Part shown: positions 25,301 to 39,862 of the stretch, piece after piece | How the letters are laid out: each line of letters begins with the position of its first letter | Numbering within the stretch: the stretch's first letter is position 1 | Origin: Azolla caroliniana | Taxonomy: Eukaryota > Plantae > Polypodiophyta | Assembly: GCA_043228905.1 (NCBI GenBank) | Contig: JBHGNT010000010.1 | Location: 2,542,001 to 2,606,000 of the forward strand | Direction of reading: 5' to 3' | Length of the DNA stretch: 64,000 nt | Notes under the pieces: model-generated | What the model was told of the DNA's origin: nothing | Databases searched by the model: none | What the model saw: the letters and a program-made list of their open reading frames with translations, nothing else | Position numbers and translations under genes: made by a program

Positions 25301-27019
25301 CCAAAAGTCAACAAAGACGGTATATATGATCATCAAAGAACATTTGCATACATCCAGGGTTAACTAGAGGTAATGATCATAAATTTATTTACTTAATAAA
25401 GGTGTATACCTAGACTGTTCAAGTGTAATTCTACGTTACTAACCACTTTAAATATATAACCATAATCGCCTGAGTGTTCAACTAAGTCGCCTGGGCATTC
25501 TTCACTATGTGCCATTCTACATCTTCCTATCCTGTATGTTCTATTATATGAAATAGTTCTCCTCCCATATGCTCTTTTACATCTTTCAATCTTTTATTCA
25601 GGATTTAAAGTGTTCACTATGAGTACTACTCTTTTTTAATGTTTAAAAGTTCGAAAGATCTCCACCTTTCTCACCCTGAAATTAAAAACAATCTGTAGAA
25701 TACTCAATTAAAAGAAGAATTTAAATCTCAGGGTTCAAAAGACATAGTGCAAAAATTACTGCCATCATTCAATTTCCATGTCAAAACGAGATCTAATAAT
25801 AAAGTCATCAATCAATGAAATGGATTTTAAAGCAGCAAATAAATATCTACAGGAATTAATTTATCTACCCCGCGAACAGTGCTGAAATAAAACTCGAAAT
25901 GGCATGTCCATACATAGCCATTGCCAACAATGTTTGTAACACAATAAAGATGAGATCTAATTAAACAGTCAATGGAAACAAATTCATACATTTTGTGATA
26001 CTATACACTAGGATACTGCTGTTACTTCTCCAAAGAAATGACAGGAGTTCTTGGATGCCATTGGCTAAATCTAAAAATAATATTTTACAGATGCTACGGA
26101 CAAACCCTTGTAATGGATATCGAGGTTAAATACCAGCAAATAGAAATTATCAATGTCACCAAAACGTTCTTTTGATGGTTAAAAGCATGTGATCACGGGG
26201 CTTTAGTTGTACTATTATAAGAAGGGAAAAACTGTGAAATACCCAAGTTTTTCTTTATTCCGCCACAAAATGCCCTTTGTTAACCTCTCAATGAGCAAGC
26301 GTAAGCGCCATTTAAGCAGTTATGTTGAGTCATTATTTCCTTTCTCTCTTTCGGGGGTTGAAAAGGGCATACAGTGGGAAAATAGCCAAAAATCAGGGGC
26401 AATGGCATGTCAGAGTCTTCCCCTTATTCTATTTTAATTTCCAACCTCGTCATCTCAAGAGATGATTTGAAAACCTTTTATTTGCTCACTTAAAATTGAG
26501 TTTCTCCCTTGTTGCAATTTTACTTTCCAGCCTCATCTTGAAAACCTCTTTTCTTGTAGAATAAAGATTCAGATGTATCTGTGCGTAAACGGCTAGATCC
26601 AGATCCACTTTATGATGCTTCATCACAGAATCCATGACTAAAAAAGTCATAATCTTTATTATCATGCGCAGAACCTTACAGATAGATGTAAGTTCTGATT
26701 GCGCAATAAACATGAAGAAAGAGAGATGTAATTTTCCAGGGAAGAAAAATCTTCAGAGAGAACAAGGGAAGGGATGACCGATCTTCTTCTCGTCTTAGTC
26801 AAAGTAGGAAAGAAGAATCGGAACTCGAGAGAAAACAGAGAAATGGGAAAGGAACGGGGCAAGAAAGAAAGAACGCGAGACATATTAAGGTCCTTTCTGA
26901 AAACAGGCTGTGAAAACGAAGGAGGGAAGAGAGAAAGGGAGAAGGAATACCTCATCGTTGTCAGAAAGAGGCGGTGGAATGGATGGAGGCCACTGTGTGT
27001 AGTGAGGAGCACCAGCCAT
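22328..27019 (-). CDS. Two-RRM RNA-binding protein (RBPMS/MEC-8/U1A-like plant family, similar to Arabidopsis At3g21215), 9 coding exons
   Basis: Spliced translation MAGAPHYTQWPP..DE / VRTIFILGFPADVKERELQNLLRWWPGYEASQMNFKGEQAMGFALF (25085-25264) / NLVFDP..LRAEMAKKNLYVKR / ... / KDNPPCNTLFVGNLGE / SQPGFKQMKVLRQ..VCFIEF / DVNSAITVHNNLQGA..DRGGMRLQ / YSKNPFGKKK..EEE*. Confidence 0.9.
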
Positions 27020-27164
27020 GGCCTCTCGAACAAGAATTCTCCGCGTCCTTCCTTCCTTCCTCTGCGGTTCCTCGGTCTTCTTCTTCTTCTTCTTCTTCAA
27101 GAGTAGGTTTTCATGAATACACAGAGACAGAAAGACAACACAGAGAAATTATTTATCTGCTAAT

Positions 27165-27362
27165 TGCTATGTATTTATGTATTTATGTATTTATGTATTT
27201 ATGTACATATTTATGTATTTATGTACATATTTATGTATTTATGTACATATTTATGTATTTATGTACATATTTATGTATTTATGTACATATTTATGTATTT
27301 ATGTATTTTATGTATTTATGTATTTATGTATTTATGTATTTATGTACATATTTATGTATTTA
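27165..27362. repeat. AT-rich minisatellite built from TATTTATG and TATTTATGTACA units
   Basis: Visible tandem array about 150 bp upstream of the RRM gene ATG; it generates the spurious MYLCIY ORFs. Confidence 0.95.
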
Positions 27363-30300
27363 TTAAATACAATTACTTACCAATGCATATTGGTTAGAAA
27401 TGTTTGAGGGAGAAAAACACGAACTCTCGCCAACCGAACAATAGCCTCTGCACATGCATTTGAGGTAACGAAACACATTCGGTGGTCCTTAGTGAGCTTC
27501 TGCTGACACGGGTTAGAAAGACCTACCAAGAGAGTGTTGGATATATTGCATCATTAAAATTCAATCGTCCCATGATTGATGGCTCTCTAAAGACTCTCGT
27601 ACAAAAGAGCATCTTAGTGTTGCAAAGCATTAGTGTTGTCTTACCACGAGTCATTCCATTCGATTGCTCTGATTATGTCCTAATTGTAGTTGACCCAACA
27701 TTGTTGGAGGATTGAAAGCATGCTCTACTTACTCTTGTGAGTTCTATTCTTTATATTGTCCCCTTATAGGAGTCATTCCATATCAACCATTATGATATGG
27801 TTGAAGCGTCGTTGACCCAACATTGCTAGAGGATTGAAAGCATGCTACTCTTGCAAGTTTGCTTTATATTCCCCCCATATTTCTCTTGTTGTAGTTACCA
27901 TTCCATATATTTCTCACGTTATGCTCCTTTTCCACAGAAACACATGACGACCAAATATAGCATGTGTAAATGAGAATTGGAGGTGAAGCGACCAATATGA
28001 TTGCCCAAATAACATATATTTATTGCTTTATGTCATAGTTAACCAAGAGCATTCTCTCAAGGTCATCATATGTAACATCTCTGAAAATGGGAGAGTTTTC
28101 TTGTCTTTTTCCTTCATTGTGATCAACAAAAAAACTTGTGTTTTCTTTTATTTCCTCAATTCTCACTATATTTTTATTATTTTCCCAAATGTACTCGCTT
28201 GTCAACCCCATGTGAAACAAATGTATATATATTTGGTTAGTTTAGCCCACTTTTCTCCCTTTTAGATGCGGGTGAAGTAAACAATTGAACATTTCAAGAA
28301 ATAAACAAAAACTTAAAGCGAGTTATCTCTTTTATGTTTTATAATATGTTAAAGTATTGTCCATTATGAGTATATGTTCATGCCTAGTGATGATTATTAT
28401 TGTAATTAGATTTCTTTTCCATGAATAGAGAAGAGAATTCTCACAATCTATCCCATCATTTGCATCGATAATCTACATGAGCTTCGAAAGTTTTCATTGA
28501 TAAGGTTAATTCAATGTTTTTCTACAACACGTGAGAGAGGCTTTCAACTGGCTAAATCTATTAAAGAAAAAGTTTAGAATCTGGATAAAATACAATGTCA
28601 ATAGATGCATTGATACAAATATCTATTGAAGGACCTAAATTAGAAGAGTGTGACTTCAACGCCAATATTTTGATCTACAATAGATAAGTTGCAAATTGAT
28701 AGTCGAGAAGATTGTTGGTTATAATTTTTGTATTTTCTTTACAAATGTGGTTTTCTAGATGGGTGGCTATTTATCTTATGGTGGGCCAAAAAAAATTCTG
28801 GAATTAAGAAACTCATACTTTGAAAGAACTAGGAAGGTAGAGATAGATTCCAAAGCAATATTTTGGAATCTTCCCATGTAATGACTCGTTATTCTCTCTG
28901 CCAAGAGAATTAGCTATAAATATTCTCTGATTTGGAATGATGTTTCAATATGGTTGTGATCAATCTTAGTAAATTTTCCCTAATTTTTAAATTAGTTGTA
29001 AATGTTCATGTTCTCAATATTATACTAATTCTAAACTTTTCCTACAAGTGTTCATGTTCTACAAGTTGGTATCTAACAAATAAAATTGTAATTCTTTTAT
29101 TCATTTGGAATCTGGATGATATGAACAATCATATGGAAATGGTTGGTTAAAATTTGAAAATCCGGTTAGAATAATGAGAAGTATAAAATTTTCCAGCAGG
29201 GATCAAAAAGTTTGTGCAACATTGATTAACATCATTATTGAAGGGGCAATGCTGTCATTTCACTCTTTGTATTATGGAACATGAAAAAATGTCAAATGAA
29301 AATGATTAAATTTAGTAATCAAGATTCAACATCAATTTGTGTTGACCAAAAAATCAATCATTGAGCTGCAACTTAATGCCTTAAATAGTTTTGTTTTTGC
29401 TCCAAATTGGAAGCGAGTTGGTCTGGGTTTTACTTCATTTGGGTGGTTAAGAAAGATCAGTTTGAAATATCATCACTCAACAATTTGTAATTTATCAAGA
29501 GTAAAACCACAACCTAAATGGCTCAAACTGCAATTCTGTGTTGTTGGGACCATTTTTATAGGATAACTCTTAACACCTGTTTTTCTCATTTTCTAAACAA
29601 TTTGTAACACTTATCTAGTCCAATTCTAAATGGTTTATGTTTCTGAATCTCTTAAACTGTTCACAGTTTGGGCGGGTTAGGGTTTCAAATTTGTAAGCAA
29701 TGTGGTTTGAGACTCCCAATTCCCAAACCAAATTGAATTGTTGCTGACTGATGTTTAATCCATTTTTCTTAAGACAACATTCATTGCCCATGAAGTTTTC
29801 TTAACAAGATTGAATCCACACACTTAGTTGTCAAATGCATGTGTCTTTATTGAGAATCCCATTATTGTAACTTGTGAATCAAAGCACACCGGCAATGATT
29901 CCACATTGTGCCTTATCAATTTATTCCTAATGATTTTCCTACAGCCATAATCTTTGGAATACATTTACCCTTGCAATGAACTAGCCTACAATTGTTCTAT
30001 TATTGATTCCTTTTCATATATCAAATAATAGGAAACTTTTCATCTTCCCTTTAATTGAAAGATCAAAGTTCAATTGGCACTTAAGCTTAGAAGACAGCTT
30101 CCTCCAAATTATTTACTTGACACTTTCTGTTAGTCCTAGGCTAGCTCAATGCCTTTCTTTCTATAGTTAATGTCTTTCTAGGATTTAGATTAAGATAAAA
30201 TGACCTCAAATAAGCTTGCCTAGTATACTATAGCATTACTGACCAAAGAACTCTTTTCAGTGAAAAACTACTTAATTGAATTTCTTACTAATGCTAGGTG

Positions 30301-30935
30301 TCTTTAATCTCTATATACTGCATCAGATGCATCTGGTTGTCACATTGAGAATTCCATCAAATTCAACAACTGCTGCCATGTTTGGTTTTATGTTACAGTA
30401 ACTGAAATGACAAAATATTTCAACTAGCTTACAAGCTAAAGAGATCTGGTGAAGTAGAATATTTCCATCTCAAAACAAAATATTGAGATTGGCCTTCAGC
30501 TTTACCACTCCAATTTTCTAGATTGTACCTCCTCATGAGTGTATATGTAGAGTCTAACGGTTGAAAAATATGTGCTCATAGCATAAAGAAACCCATTATA
30601 AAGGTTGTTTTTCTTCTGAGGGTGTGGAACTTTCACATAATTTTTTATTTTTTCAAGAAACTGGCCAATTCACAAAAGAAACCAAAGAAAGAATCACCAG
30701 GTAGCATTAAGTAAAAAAACAGCACCATTGCATGTTTCTGGCACATATGCAACTTTTCACGTCTTCCAAAGCTTTAGGCTTTCCATTTTCATTTCTTTCT
30801 AAAACCAAATGAGTCGAAGGAAAAATATCTAGAAAAGGAACTGCATATTTATTTGGGGTGCACTGAATACTTATAGCTTAGTTAACCTCAACTTGACCTT
30901 TGTTGAGAAGTTGAGATTGATGTACTATAGACTTT

Positions 30936-33900
30936 TCAAGTTATCTTGTTTCTCTTGTCTTGCAGCTTTTCGCGCATGTAATAAAGTTTGTTTCTTCGGA
31001 CTCTTCTATGCTCGAGCACCTTCATCTCTTTGATGTTTGGCGAGTATCTGAAATATGCAAAAAAAATATCTTAGCTTATTTTCCCTCATTCTGCAAGACC
31101 ATTAATTCGCTCTTGATTGATAAGAACCAACAACAAATCAAAAGAATAAGAGTGAGGTGATCCATGAGGACAAAGAGTAATATCTATATTCTGATGATAA
31201 TAAGCAGTACTAGGTTTCTATTCCGCTTACATCTTTCTGATTCCATGCCTCAAGAACATGGAAAGACCATGGTTGGATTGGCTGAAGGCCGAATCCTCTA
31301 AATAGCCTGAATTTTTTGGTGAAGCTCATCAAAATTTTCCAATGGAAATCCAAGTAGTGGATAGTCAAAATGTAAAATCAAAGAAGTATGATCAATCATT
31401 GCTGAAGTGAAAAGCAACAGTGTTTCTGAAAAACACAATTTTCTTCAAGAGACTAGGTAGATTAATTTTCGTGAACGACTAGTTATCATTATCCCAAGGA
31501 TTAGGGCAATTGGATGTATTTAGTATATTCATCAGTAGACCGTAGAACCATTACACCAGTGTATGATGGAGGTTCATTTACTTTAAACGATTTGTGTCAT
31601 AGATTATATTTTTGGTCTCATTGATCATATTTGACCTCCAAAGACAATAATAAAACCTCTTCTTTTTTTAACAAATGTATGTTTACATTAAAACATTGCG
31701 ATGATACAAAAAACCCCAGTTATCCTTACTACAAGGGTAAGAATCTTATGGCAGAGTAAAACATGTAAAGTTTTTCTCTACTTGATATACCATCAAATAA
31801 TCAATCTCTTCATGGTTTATCTATGGTCAATTTTGAAATAGGAACCACAAGCATAGGCCTAGCAACTACTAATCGCCACATTTCGTCATATCTAGGAGGT
31901 ATACGAAACCTGGTGGACTCTGTGCTAAAGGCTCTTTCTGCCAGCATGATTCTAAAACAGCATTTTCCATAGATACCAAGTCAAGCCTTGGCATATGATT
32001 GTGCTCAGACTTTGACATTTTCCTTTCCATCCAAATGTTATAGCTGTGAGGATGCAAGCACCTATGTCAATAGAGAGTTTGTACCTTTTCTACACTCAAG
32101 CAATTGCCACATGACCAATTGTAAATTCCATCGTCAAGGACACATTAAGTGTGAATCAGTCACGATCAAAGATTGACATATTCGCATTCGAATGCGAATG
32201 AATATGTATACAAATGCATGGTCAAGTATTTGTTTAAAAAAAAAAGAGTACATGAACTCCTTCCTTTTTAGTTTCCTAGGACATAGAAAAGGGGACTTAA
32301 CAATAAAAAGGGGACAATAAAAGAGGGACTTGACACTAATAAATTTTTAGAGTAAATGTAAAAGTATTCATTTTATTTTTAATAAATAAATAAAATAAAA
32401 TAAAGGTTCATTAATTCCTCACTTTTTGTTCTCCCAAAATTTATGGATATTTTTATTTGACATTAAAAATGGGACTTCACACTAATCATATCTCTATAAT
32501 AAATATAGAAATATTAGTATTTTTAATAAATTAATTAAATTAAATAAAGGTTCATAAACTCCCCTTTTTTTACTTGACACTATAAAGGAGAGTTAATACT
32601 AATTATATTTTATAATCTACTAATGAATGATTGTTCTTTTTTTAGTTAATTTATTTTTTATATTTTTATATACTGCAAAACGAATGGTTTTTTTAATAAA
32701 TTAATAAATTAATAAAATTAATAAAATTAAATAAAGGTTCATAAACTCCCCCCTTTTTTATTTGACACTATAAAGGAGAGTTAATACTAATCATATTTTT
32801 ATAATCTACTAATGAATGATTGTTCTTTTTTATTTAAGTTTTTTAATTAAAAAAATTAATTAATCATTTTTTTGTATATTTATATAATGCAAAACGAATG
32901 TTTTTATAATATTCTTGGGGCCATTTCGTATTCTCGAATATTGTGAATATCGTGCATGGAGAATATCATGCATTGTCAATCTATGGTTATGATTAACATC
33001 ATACCACCAAGAAGCCACAATAATTGTTTTCCCCTAGCATAGACTAACGTTCTCCAGAAAAAACAAGAGGTTGAGTTTCCATACACATACCTTTAAGAGG
33101 ATAAATCTTCGAGCAATCATTTGATTCTCCAAATTTTAACAGAGATGCTCCCCCTAAGTGCTTTGGGGTACTAATATGGTTCCATTGAAACCACTTGAGA
33201 GCATTATGCAGTAGTCATGTCTAGGTGAAGTATCCCTCTTGGGAGACTATAACACCGGGTTGCAAAATAGACAATGTGACTCATATCACTTGGAAAACCT
33301 AGTGATGACCGAGAGATCTAAAATAGTATTGGGAAAGAGGATTCGGAAACTTGTAAGAGGACCCAAAGATGATGCACAACTTTTCATGGAGGATCATTTC
33401 ATCACGAAATTTTCAATAAGGCTTTCAGCTCCGTTGAGATGCCTTTGATGTCTTATCAGCATTATTCCTCAAAGATACAGTTAATATCTCTCGAGAAAAT
33501 TTCAATCTGCTTCCGAATTTTCCTGGATCCTTTCTTCTCCCTAGTGTTTTACGACAAAGCCTTCTTCAACTAGTTTGATCCTATGACAACTATAAATCGT
33601 ACATCACCTTCGGTCAGTTTCCCTATCTCTCAAATAGACTTGTTAGATGAATAGTCGTAGAACCTTCTACCGTTACTTACCTCCGCTTTGTTGCAGATTT
33701 AATTTGGTCCATAGTGTTAAGAACTTATTCAACTAGTCTGATCCTCGGACAACTATTGACAACTGTGTGTTCCCTTTAATTATTTTTGCTATTTCTGAAA
33801 TAGGGTCAGTTATAATGACGAGCTGTAGAAGCGGCTAGTATTACTACACATGCTTAGTTACAGCTTTAATATGGTTCTATAGTGTTAAGCACTTTCTATG

Positions 33901-36135
33901 CAGCTGCACACATACAAAAAAGCAAATAAATTCATCCCAATATAAAGTAAAACATAATGTAATGACTTTGTGTCGAACACACTCAGAACACCTGTAACAA
34001 GACAAGGGGTTAACTTTTTTTTTTGGACGGCTCATTTTGTTAGGTAGTTTCAATACAGATCCATGAGATTAGGCCCTTATGGGTATCTTTGTATGTTTTT
34101 ATTCATATAAACACAACATACTCTCTTGCTCTTCTTACACTTGAAAAAAGCTAGGTAGATAAAGAAGAACACAAGAAACAGAAGAATCACGAAGGTCAGT
34201 TTGTTAGAAATGTCCAGTTGATACATAAAGAACTGAAGATCCAGACTGAAAACGGTGTAAATGCCTAGAACAGCTGCAAACACTGAGATCTACTAGAAAG
34301 AACTTGGACAACATGAAGAAGATTTTGTTTCCATGGCTATCTTCATAAAACTGTGATTTTGTTGCAACTCTTGCATGTTGTGCAAAGCTACAGATATACA
34401 GCTTGATAATTTACATTAAAAATTCTACATTCATTGTATCTCGATATCCATACCTTGATTTTATGTTGATTCTTGTATGTGACTAAGATTCTCAAATGAA
34501 TGGGAATTCCTTATGGAATACAGAATTCAAGAGAATGGAAGCCTGATTTTGTGGGACACCGCATTATATTGTGAGATTCATATGAACAAAAATCTATTAT
34601 TAGCACAAGGATAAAATTTTCTGATATTTCTGTACCTGGTCTAAACATGCTAAATAAGGTAATCACACTATTTTTGTCTACTATTGACTCAGCCCACTAT
34701 ATAAACTTCTGCCCTACGTTGTAGAAAACTACAATATATTAATTAGCACATTGTTATGAAAAAGGTATGATTCTTACAATGGAAATAGCAGTTCCACACC
34801 AACTCCTGCCAAAAACCTTCGAATTCGAAAAGTAGATTGCAGACCACTCCTTCTTATAGCCATGACGATTCCTCGGAATGAAGAAACTCTGCGCTTGTTA
34901 TCCGGAACCTCCTATAGGGAAAGGGATCATCAAAGTACATGAAATATTCATGGAAGAAAAACATCATCATAGTGACAGCAAAAACAAAGCAAAAACCTTA
35001 CCACTCTAAGTTGCACTACATCACCAGGCCTAAGTTCTGGAATAGGTCTTTGGGCCTTTGCTTCTGTTACAGATTCCTTGTCTAGAATCTATGAGAAAAA
35101 CATATAATCATTAGCAAAGCATGTCAATCAGTGTTTGGAAAACGTTTCCTCACTAATTGGATGAGTGAAACGACAGGAACTTATGGGAAGATGTCACATT
35201 TCTATAGGAGAGATTGTTTCCATTATAAGTATGTTTCCAATCAGAAAGATCAAAATTTTCACTCGTGTTTTAATGAATGATACTATGTAAAAGCATGAAA
35301 ACAACAAATTTACACAATTTTCTCTGTACTTTATAAAACTTCCTGGCCTGCAAGTTCAGAAAAATAACCCGTTTATCAGTCAATGATGGGAAACTATGGG
35401 AAAGATAGGAAACCGATATCTACAAATTAACAGAATTCTAGCATGATTAAATATAGTTCTATCAGATTTTGATCACTTAGATATAACTCAACCGGCTTTT
35501 TTGCTAATGATGGGAGTTTATATATACATCCACAGATTCTCTTCTGCTTATAGATACTTCCAACCAGAAAACTTAGGAAGATAGTTTCATAGAATTACCA
35601 ATTATATATTCATAAGGATTTTTAGAAGAAATTTTATATATTTCCATTAAATATTTGTTCCTGTTTTATCGTAAGCCTTTCCACATCATGACGAACAAAG
35701 ACTGCTTCGGAGGATTTCCCTTTACGCATATATAGCAGTTTCAAATACATTTGTTGTATTTCTATCAGATATTTGCTCCTTTTTTATTTTATTGTAAGCC
35801 TTTCCACGTCGTCATGAACAAAGATATATTCGGAGAACTTCCCCGTACACATTTACAACAGTTTTGCAAACAGTTAATGTATTTCCATCAGATATTTGTT
35901 CCCTTTAATAATCATCTCCACATCATGACGAGAGACATCTAGTTTAAAAACCTACCTGCATTATATGAGCAGCTGTTTTTGTAAGTTTCTTGGTCTTCAA
36001 ATAGGAAGGCCTTTCCAACGTAGGCGAAGTTTCGGCCACAGTCTGCATACTACATGAAGGAGGAAGAAAGCTTTGCATTTTCTTCATGGAGAAGCTTCGG
36101 CGAAGGCTGTTTTCTTCGCATTTCGATGCCTACGA

Positions 36136-36171
<36 letters not shown>

Positions 36172-36359
36172 TTAATATACATTACTTCCAAAAGTAAAGC
36201 AGAATTCCAACCTAAACCGAAGCGAAGCAAAAAAGGAAGAAAGGAACGAAACGAGAATAAATTGGAGCCACAGAAGAAAACGAAAACAGGAGAAGAAGAA
36301 GAAGAAGAAGAAAATACCTTGGAGAGCAGAGACGCGAAATGCGACCTAAACCTCTGCAT
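30936..36359 (-). CDS. RPL19: Organellar (probably mitochondrial) large-subunit ribosomal protein L19 (bL19), 5 exons, ~182 aa
   Basis: Exons 36359-36318, 36129-35956, 35088-35002, 34911-34778 and 31047-30936 splice in frame to [14 protein letters not shown]...[107 protein letters not shown]. Confidence 0.93.
31300..33300 (-). mobile_element. Highly degenerate LINE ORF2 (endonuclease region) remnant in the RPL19 last intron
   Basis: Traces WLLGG (~33015), MPRLDLV (~31985) and LGFPLE (~31350) occur in the order expected for the GGDFN, SRLD and PGxDGFPxEF motifs. Confidence 0.45.
32167..32985. mobile_element. hAT-type non-autonomous element (MITE)
   Basis: 12-bp TIR CA(A/T)AGATTGACA; 8-bp TSD GTCACGAT / GTTATGAT; CGAAT subterminal motifs; AT-rich interior with a ~210-bp duplication. 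Confidence 0.75.
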
Positions 36360-36744
36360 AATGGAGAAGGAGATGGATAGGTAGAGGAAGGAAAAAGGTG
36401 TGGCTGCTGAGCTCTCAAGCTGCCATGGCCATGGCTTCGCCACTACCTTACGTTTCTTCGCTGTCTGTTCAGCTGCTACTGCGGCTTCGCCGTTGGTTCT
36501 TCTACGAAACGAAGAACAAAAAAACACACACACACACAGAAGACCAAAAACCCCACTCTTTCTTTCTTTCTTTTCATCATTCGAAAACCTATTTACAGAT
36601 ATGATACCCTCGTCTCTCTGTGTTTTTGCAAATTTACGCAAATGCCCCTCTTTCCTGAAATGGAAGGATATTGAGCTTAATTTAGGTTGTCGAGGATTTA
36701 AATCAGTCCTTCCTTCCTACTTATACTACTGACTACATTGGGCG

Positions 36745-37183
36745 TAACAATCGGCAACGGCTCGGTTCGGTTTGAGAGGGTCAAAACCGAACCAGTTTGG
36801 AACCGAATCATTCAAATGTTTTGAAACATGAACCACGAAACCGTTAAATCAAGCCGTTAAAACCGCGATTTCGTGGTTCACTTTCAGTTTTCAGCTTAGG
36901 TCAAATATTTTATTTTTAAAATTTTAAAATTTTAAAGATGTTCCTAAAATGTGAGAATGAGGTCTAAAAATGTAAAGTTTGTTTAAAAACAAATTTTAAT
37001 TTTTTTTAATAATTACAAATTAATAAATAACCGTTTAAACCGCGGTTGCGAACTGTTGAAACTGAACTGAACCGTTAAAAAAAAACATGAACCTGAACTG
37101 AAACATTTAAATCATTAAGTTGTTAAGCCGCGGTTTCGTGGTTCGGTTCAGCTCGGTTCAAACCGAACCGTTACCAATTGTTA
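36745..37183. mobile_element. hAT-type MITE upstream of RPL19
   Basis: TIR TAACAATYGGYAACGG; 8-bp TSD ATTGGGCG / ATTGGGTG; multiple AACCG/CGGTT subterminal repeats. Confidence 0.88.
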
Positions 37184-39319
37184 ATTGGGTGTGTGTATGT
37201 GTCTTGAGCCATCATCGGCACATACCATTCTATTGAGCTGATTAATGATCCCAGATACGTTGTGGATGAGCTTGTGGCTTGTATGAGATAGAGAAACCCA
37301 GGTTGCGCTTAGAAAGATAGATGGTTATGTGCATCTTGATTATCTTAGTGAGGAATAAACCCTAATGGATGTGCTTGGAAAAAATAGATGGATTCTTTGC
37401 ATATTCACACTATCAGTTGCTTAGATTTTTTTGGTGGATTCTCCATATTTCACCCTATCATTTGTGCTTGGAAATTTTGATGGATTCTACATATTTCACC
37501 CTATTGGCCGTGCTTGGAAAAATAGGTGGATTCTCCGTATTTTTTTATTTATTTTGAAGATTCACCTTGGTATTGAAGGAAATATGCTCAAAGGCTATAT
37601 AATGAACTCGTACATGAAAACAACAACCAACATACCCACATCAACCAACATGTCGAATAGCAAGAGCCGTATTTCAATGATCTAACCAAGGAATAAACCA
37701 TCTCCAATTTAGTCATATATCTATCCATCCGTATATTTCCTTCCACAGAAAATGTTTGAGTCTAGAACACCTTCGTGCTTTGAAACGTGTTGATTCATAG
37801 GGGGGGGGGGGGGGGGTTGCGATTTGTGTGTACTTAAGGTGAGCGCGTGCGTTGCTTGTGGGTCAGCAAAACGTTTGGTTTCGTGAGGGTCTTTGGAAGG
37901 TAGCAATCGTCTCTACTTTCCATTGGCAAATAGTTTTGAGCAAGTTTGGCTTTGTGAGAGTCCTTGGAAGGAAGCATGGTCCATTGTAAGTTGTATCGTA
38001 GTATTCTGCACATGAGGATAAAGTGTGAGGGTTAATCTAGAGTGTAAAAAGGGAGGATTACTTTTAATCTTAGGAATAGAGAGAACCCATAAGGGGCAAG
38101 TGTGAACTTGCATAGGGGCCTTAGGTCTGGCTATAAATATGAGTCCTAACTACCCTCATTGGTCACATCATTCAACTATGCTTTTCCATCATTTGATGAT
38201 ATTGGGCAGGTTCGTGTTAACATCATAGACCGAGACAAAGTGTGAGGTTGGCATAAAGAGTACAACGCTAATGTGTACATATTGTACTGCTTAGGGCTGT
38301 ACCAATGACGATGTAAGATATATATTCGGGGAATGCAGATCTACGCAAGCGACAAACACACACACACACACACACAATTAGATACACATATTATGCGCCG
38401 ACAAGTCGCATTACATATGTCGCATGGTTAAATGTGTGACAATGGGATGTGTAGAGACAACATAAGAATACGACGATTCATACAAATATAAGCATGTAAA
38501 GATGATCGACAGCACGAGTAGGTTTTGTTTTGTTTTGTTTTGGTTACGGATTGATGGTTTTTCTGTTAAGGCTAGGAGACCACCCAGAAACCATGGTCTC
38601 TATCTAAGGTTTCCATGGTCTTTAAGTTAGTGGTGTGTGTAATGGAGTGGAAAACACAGTGTAAAGATGTATGTATATATGTATGTATGTATGTATGTAT
38701 ATATGTAAGGGGAGAGATGGTGCCATGGCTGCAGAGATATGATAGAAACAAGGACATGGCACAGAGTCGGTACGTAATATACTCGAATGCATAGGCAAAC
38801 ATTCGTTTTTTTCATACGAATGAAAACGAATGAGTATGGTATCAAAACATTCGTATGTTTTCTTTTTACACTTTTTACCTTAAAAAAACTTTACCTTATA
38901 ATAAATAACGAATACAAAAAGTATGATATTTACCATACGTTGAGGGTGTTTACCATACTCGAATGCGAAGTCACGTATGGTACGTATGATTCATATACTA
39001 TGGACATAACCTAGAAAAGACACAGGCCGGAGACGAATTGTGTGTGAAACAGAGAGACACACAGAGAATGTTCTGTCCATTGGTCCGAATAATAATCGAG
39101 AAAAAAGACAGATTTCTCGTTTTCCATTCATCAACAGTTCCAATCTCTCGAATTTTTTTTCTTTCTTTCCATTCTTGGGAAAGACAGAAACAGAAAACGA
39201 AACCCAACACAAATTTTGGACTCTGTCAGGAATCCCTTCCCATGTTTCTTCCCCTTTCTCTGTGTCTGTCTCGATCAATTTATTCATGTTCCTTACTCTG
39301 GTGCGAATTAGCTGTATGC

Positions 39320-39715
39320 TTTCTTGATTAGACGCTGATTAAATCTGCATTTCCCTTAATTCTGCTCTAATTAGCTATATGTTTCCTCGCTTAGCGCTCT
39401 ACGTTTCCTTATTCAGCTGTATACTTCGTCCAGACTTGACATTAGTCATCTATATATTTCAATAACTGGATGCTAATTAGCTATCTATTTCCTTAAACAG
39501 ATGCTGATGAGCCCTATATTTGTTCAAACAGCTACACAGTTCCCTGCTTAGATGCTAAATACCCGCATATTTCCTTAATTAGATGCTAAATACCCCCATT
39601 CTTCCTTAATTAGATGCTAAATACCCACACAGTTCCTTAATCATATGCTAAATACCTGCGCAATTCCTTAATTAGATGCCAAACACCAGTATATTTCCTT
39701 ACTTAGACGCTAATT
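39320..39715. repeat. ~31-bp minisatellite (about 12 degenerate copies), probably within a 5'-UTR intron of the phosphatase gene
   Basis: Core TTCCTTAATTAGATGCTAAATACCC is repeated; candidate donor at 39301 and acceptor at 39855. Confidence 0.75.
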
Positions 39716-39862
39716 GGCGACACATCTCCATTTTCCTGAATTGCAATTTAATCATCTCTTAATTTTATTGTTTTTCCAAAACTTTTATATCTTAATTATT
39801 ACAACAGACTATCATCAATTTGTGTTCTGCTTTATTTCTTTTGGTATTCCTTAGTACTTAAT

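Noticed and set aside
26974-27407. Cys/Tyr-rich repeat proteins in the ORF track
   Set aside because: These are translations of a simple AT-rich minisatellite.
29300-30500. LINE C-terminal remnant downstream of RPL19
   Set aside because: Motif traces are too weak. An apparent RT motif near 30930 turned out to be the RPL19 last exon.
33681-34541. Candidate poison cassette exons in the RPL19 intron
   Set aside because: Splice-like borders exist, but there is no coding or conservation evidence.
38761-39002. Third hAT-like MITE with CGAAT motifs
   Set aside because: Flanks match at 6/8 positions (GACATGGC/GACATAAC) but the terminal inverted repeats are unconvincing.
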